NCBI GenBank assembly: GCA_051252135.1 | Contig: JBPOGH010000005.1 | Location: forward strand, 32,001-96,000 | Direction of reading: 5' to 3' | DNA length: 64,000 bases | From: Verrucomicrobiaceae bacterium | GTDB taxonomy: Bacteria > Verrucomicrobiota > Verrucomicrobiia > Verrucomicrobiales > Akkermansiaceae | Shown: one piece after another, positions 60,707-64,000 of the stretch | Numbering within the stretch: the first letter of the stretch is position 1 | Layout of the letters: the number at the start of each line of letters is the position of its first letter | Notes under the pieces: model-generated | The model's database searches: none | What the model saw: only the letters and a program-made list of their open reading frames with translations | Told to the model about the DNA's origin: nothing | Made by a program: the position numbers and the translations under genes

Positions 60707-61836
60707 CAGCTCTCAATTTCAGCGTCATTCACCGCATTAATCAACAGACGCAGACGACCAAAGTCACGCCGCTTGTGACGGAACTTAAGCCGATACAAAT
60801 CATCAAACTCCGGCTCGCTTTCCTCTTCCTCCAGAGCCTCACACTTCTCGATTTTCCCAACCTTGATGATATCCGCAAATTCGTCACTCAACTTCGCCAC
60901 CGCCGCATCCGTCGGATTGGAACTCAAGCGCATCACCAGCTGATCACCCACATATCGGTAGGAATGAAACACCTTGTAGAAATGAACAATCTCTTCCACC
61001 GCTTCATCCACATCATCAGTCACCTTGAAAAGATGAAAATCAGTATCTGAAATTAGCCCCAGCCGGGACAGGTGCTCCGTAATAAATTGATTCCACGCCT
61101 TCCAGTACGTCCCACCCTTTGAATCGAGGCAAACCACCGGATAAACCGTCACCTTTCCCGTCTGGATCAATGTCAGAGCCTCGAAGACCTCATCCATCGT
61201 CCCAAATCCCCCCGGCATCCCCACCGCCGCATGCGCCTCCTTCACAAAGGCCAACTTGCGCGTGAAGAAAAAGTTGTAATCGATTAGCTTCGGATCCCCC
61301 GCAATGAACGGATTCGCCGCCGCCTCAAAAGGCAGCGTGATATTCAGTCCAAAACTATGATCACGCGTCGCCCCCTCATTACCGGCCGCCATAATTCCCG
61401 GCCCCGCTCCCGTGATTGTCATGAACCCCGCCTCCTTCATCTTATGGGCAAATGCCACCCCCGTCACATACTCCGGCTCATCAGCCCTCGTTCGTGCCGA
61501 TCCAAAGAGCGACACCTTGCGAATATTTCGGTATGGGTGAAATACCTCGTTGGACTCCCTCATTTCACGGAGAGCCCGGTTCGCTAATTTAAAATCACCA
61601 ATCTCGGTATTCCCCCGCGCCATCCGCACCGCCGTCGTAAACATCTCCGCCAACAAACAGCTGTCACTCACACTCGCCAGCTCGCTCGCCAACAACATGA
61701 TCTTCTCATCCAGATCACGCTGACCGGTAGATCCTACAAAAGAACAGGCCACGTTGGAGACCACGCCTCCCGTAAAATCTCCCCGCTTGGGAATCTTGCT
61801 GCTCTTGGCCCGTTTCGATCGTCCATTTTTCGGCAT
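60706..61836 (-). CDS. LOG-family (TIGR00730-like) protein
   Basis: FGSART, TGAGPGIMAA, FFTRK and PGGFGTMDE motifs. Confidence 0.9.
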   Translation of the reverse strand: MPKNGRSKRAKSSKIPKRGDFTGGVVSNVACSFVGSTGQRDLDEKIMLLASELASVSDSCLLAEMFTTAVRMARGNTEIGDFKLANRALREMRESNEVFHPYRNIRKVSLFGSARTRADEPEYVTGVAFAHKMKEAGFMTITGAGPGIMAAGNEGATRDHSFGLNITLPFEAAANPFIAGDPKLIDYNFFFTRKLAFVKEAHAAVGMPGGFGTMDEVFEALTLIQTGKVTVYPVVCLDSKGGTYWKAWNQFITEHLSRLGLISDTDFHLFKVTDDVDEAVEEIVHFYKVFHSYRYVGDQLVMRLSSNPTDAAVAKLSDEFADIIKVGKIEKCEALEEEESEPEFDDLYRLKFRHKRRDFGRLRLLINAVNDAEIES

Positions 61837-61915
61837 AGCCTACTCTGGACCCATTTCTTTCTCCTGACAAACCTCCACTCTTGAAAAGTCCGCCCTGCCG
61901 GACCACCTTTCCCCC

Positions 61916-62971
61916 GTGCCACAGACAAATACCGACGACCTCCGCATCGCAGGAATTGATCCCCTCATCTCTCCCGCGGTCCTTTCCTACTACCTTCCCA
62001 TGACCGAGAAGGCCGCCACCGTCGTGTCTGATGCGCGCCGCCAGGCCGAAGATATCCTCTCCGGAAAGGACGATCGCCTCCTCGTCGTCGTCGGCCCCTG
62101 CTCCATTCACGACCCCTCCGCCGCCCTCGAATACGCCCAACTCCTCAAGGACGCCGCCGACCGCTATCAGGATGACCTCCAGATCATCATGCGTGTCTAC
62201 TTCGAAAAGCCGCGCACCACCGTCGGCTGGAAAGGCCTCATCAACGATCCCCACCTTGATGATTCATTCGACATCAACCGCGGCCTCCGCTTCGCCCGCG
62301 AACTCCTCCTCCAGCTCGCCGAGATGGGCATGCCCGCCGGAACCGAATTCCTCGATGCCATCTCCCCGCAATATGTCGCGGACCTCATCTCATGGGGAGC
62401 CATCGGCGCCCGCACCACCGAATCTCAGGTCCACCGCGAACTCGCCTCCGGACTCTCCATGCCCGTCGGCTTCAAAAACGGCACCGGCGGATCCATCCAG
62501 ATCGCCCTCGACGCCCTCGGTGCATCCTCACAGCCGCACCACTTTCTCTCCGTCACCAAACAAGGCGTCTCCGCCATTGTCACCACCACCGGTAACAAGG
62601 CCTGCCATCTCATCCTCCGGGGCGGAAAGGGCGGCCCCAACTACTCCCGCGAAGCCATCGGGGAAGTCACCGCCCTCCTCCGCAAGAACAACCTTCCCGA
62701 GCAACTCATGATCGACTGCTCACACGGCAACTCCAACAAGGACTACCGCAACCAACCCCTCGTCGCCGCCGACCTCTGCGAGCAAATGTCAAACGGAGCC
62801 AAAGACATCGCCTCCGTCATGATCGAGTCCAACCTCGTCGAAGGAAACCAAAAGATCTCCGACAACATGACCTACGGCCAATCCGTCACCGATGCCTGCA
62901 TCAACTGGCAAACCACCGAGGCCGTCCTCGAATCCTTCGCCGACGCCGTCCGTAAACGCCGTAAGGCCTAG
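61916..62971 (+). CDS. Class I DAHP synthase (AroF/G/H type)
   Basis: GPCSIHD, RVYFEKPRTTVGWKG, IGARTTESQVHR, DCSHGNS and SVTDAC motifs. Confidence 0.96.
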   Translation: MPQTNTDDLRIAGIDPLISPAVLSYYLPMTEKAATVVSDARRQAEDILSGKDDRLLVVVGPCSIHDPSAALEYAQLLKDAADRYQDDLQIIMRVYFEKPRTTVGWKGLINDPHLDDSFDINRGLRFARELLLQLAEMGMPAGTEFLDAISPQYVADLISWGAIGARTTESQVHRELASGLSMPVGFKNGTGGSIQIALDALGASSQPHHFLSVTKQGVSAIVTTTGNKACHLILRGGKGGPNYSREAIGEVTALLRKNNLPEQLMIDCSHGNSNKDYRNQPLVAADLCEQMSNGAKDIASVMIESNLVEGNQKISDNMTYGQSVTDACINWQTTEAVLESFADAVRKRRKA

Positions 62972-63049
62972 GACCATCCGCATCAGCGCATTCCAAAGAT
63001 TGCGTTCAGCTCACTTGCCGCCTCACTGATTGAAGCGGTATCAGGTTAC

Positions 63050-63088
63050 AAAAAAGCCGCGGACCGCACTAGGCAGGCCGTGGCTTTT
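63050..63088. terminator. Probable bidirectional terminator between convergent genes
   Basis: aaaagccgcgg...ccgtggctttt stem with A and T runs on either side. Confidence 0.65.
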
Positions 63089-63115
63089 CTGAACAAACAA
63101 CAATGAAAAATCTTA

Positions 63116-63967
63116 CTAACTGCCGGCAAAGACAATCAATCCGATCACAAGAGCAACACCCAGAGCAACGTTCACCCAGAGTGTCCGCTTCTGAATCTTA
63201 AGCACCGTGGCCGAGTGCTCGGCTTCGGTCTTCGACATCTTCTCCACCAATTCCTCGTAGCGCTTGGCAGACTTTTTGGTCTCCTGCTGCATCTCCCCCA
63301 TCGCGGCCCTTACGCCGCTCAAGACACCTTTGAGACCATCGATCGCCGTGATCGACTTCTCGTTCGTCTGCTGGAGGGAACCAAGCGTTCCATCAACCCG
63401 GTCCAGAGACTTGATCATCAAATCATCCCGCTTCCCCACAGATGCCAAATGGGTGCTCACCTGATCAAGGGCACCACTGACCTGCTCCGTGCTTCTGGTC
63501 AACGCCTCAATATTCTCCATCGGAATCGGAGGAAGAATATCCGTGGACTTAAATTCAATCGTGCGATCTTTCGTCTCTTCAAGTGCGCGACAAATGCTGT
63601 CAACAGAGTTGAGCAACTCGTTGTGGCGGGTCTCAAGATGATCCTTCTCGGTAAGCTTGCGCTCAAGGGGACGCTTAATATCCACTTTGGTTTTCGCAAC
63701 CGGCTTCACCGCCTCCTTGGCCACCTTGTCCTGGACAACCTTCTCGTCCTGCTTGGAACCTCCCCAAAATTTCCACCACGACTTCTTCTCCTCCGTGGAT
63801 TTACTCACCTTCACCGAAGACGCCTTTTTGTCGTCCTTGCTCCCAACCTTCATCGCGGGCTTGGGAACGACCTCTTTTCCTGAGTCCTCGTTTAAAAAAC
63901 CGACACTGGCTGGAGCAATCGCTACACCCCCTGATTGACCTGTTGCTGATTGAAACGGATTTTCCAT
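63116..63967 (-). CDS. Hypothetical coiled-coil protein with C-terminal membrane anchor
   Basis: 283 aa with Lys-rich N-terminus, heptad region and terminal TM helix. Confidence 0.7.
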   Translation of the reverse strand: MENPFQSATGQSGGVAIAPASVGFLNEDSGKEVVPKPAMKVGSKDDKKASSVKVSKSTEEKKSWWKFWGGSKQDEKVVQDKVAKEAVKPVAKTKVDIKRPLERKLTEKDHLETRHNELLNSVDSICRALEETKDRTIEFKSTDILPPIPMENIEALTRSTEQVSGALDQVSTHLASVGKRDDLMIKSLDRVDGTLGSLQQTNEKSITAIDGLKGVLSGVRAAMGEMQQETKKSAKRYEELVEKMSKTEAEHSATVLKIQKRTLWVNVALGVALVIGLIVFAGS

Positions 63968-64000
63968 AACTTCAATAGAGTATTAACTTTTCTTAACTAA

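Noticed and set aside
120..63938. Many long antisense or alternate-frame ORFs (e.g. 4651-6375, 20333-22348, 52111-54024; Pro/Ser/Thr- or Gly/Val/Glu-rich)
   Set aside because: Shadows of real genes caused by C-ending codon bias; no recognisable motifs
1..64000. tRNA or rRNA genes
   Set aside because: No cloverleaf or rRNA-like sequence recognised in the intergenic regions

Overview
Bacterial chromosome segment, most likely Verrucomicrobiota (inferred from the CotH/lamin-tail proteins, DUF1552/DUF1592 pair and a Verrucomicrobia-type LexA box). The + strand is strongly C-rich whichever strand a gene is on, which creates many spurious antisense ORFs. Housekeeping genes include tal, pyc, hemW, pyrD, argB, tatC, a YicC-family gene, tlyA and a DAHP synthase. 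Accessory content: (1) an IS200/RAYT-like tnpA with REP-like repeats, split by a 220-bp MITE; (2) an alpha/beta-hydrolase + HEAT + pseudo-CHAT/transglutaminase-like operon; (3) a TIGR03916/TIGR03915 DNA-repair pair whose start codon reads ATT inside a LexA-like box; (4) a complete type II-C CRISPR-Cas9 locus (tracrRNA, cas9, cas1, cas2, 46 repeats/45 spacers), with extra degenerate repeat copies between cas9 and cas1 and an orphan strong promoter upstream; (5) an NrtR-headed operon encoding a protein resembling the eukaryotic major vault protein, an FRG protein and an ADP-ribosylglycohydrolase, next to a vapBC pair; (6) a cobalamin riboswitch ahead of a TonB-dependent receptor. The best candidate for an undescribed system is the ADP-ribose-linked vault-like operon at about 41.3-45.2 kb. 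All family calls come from motif recognition by eye; no searches were run.
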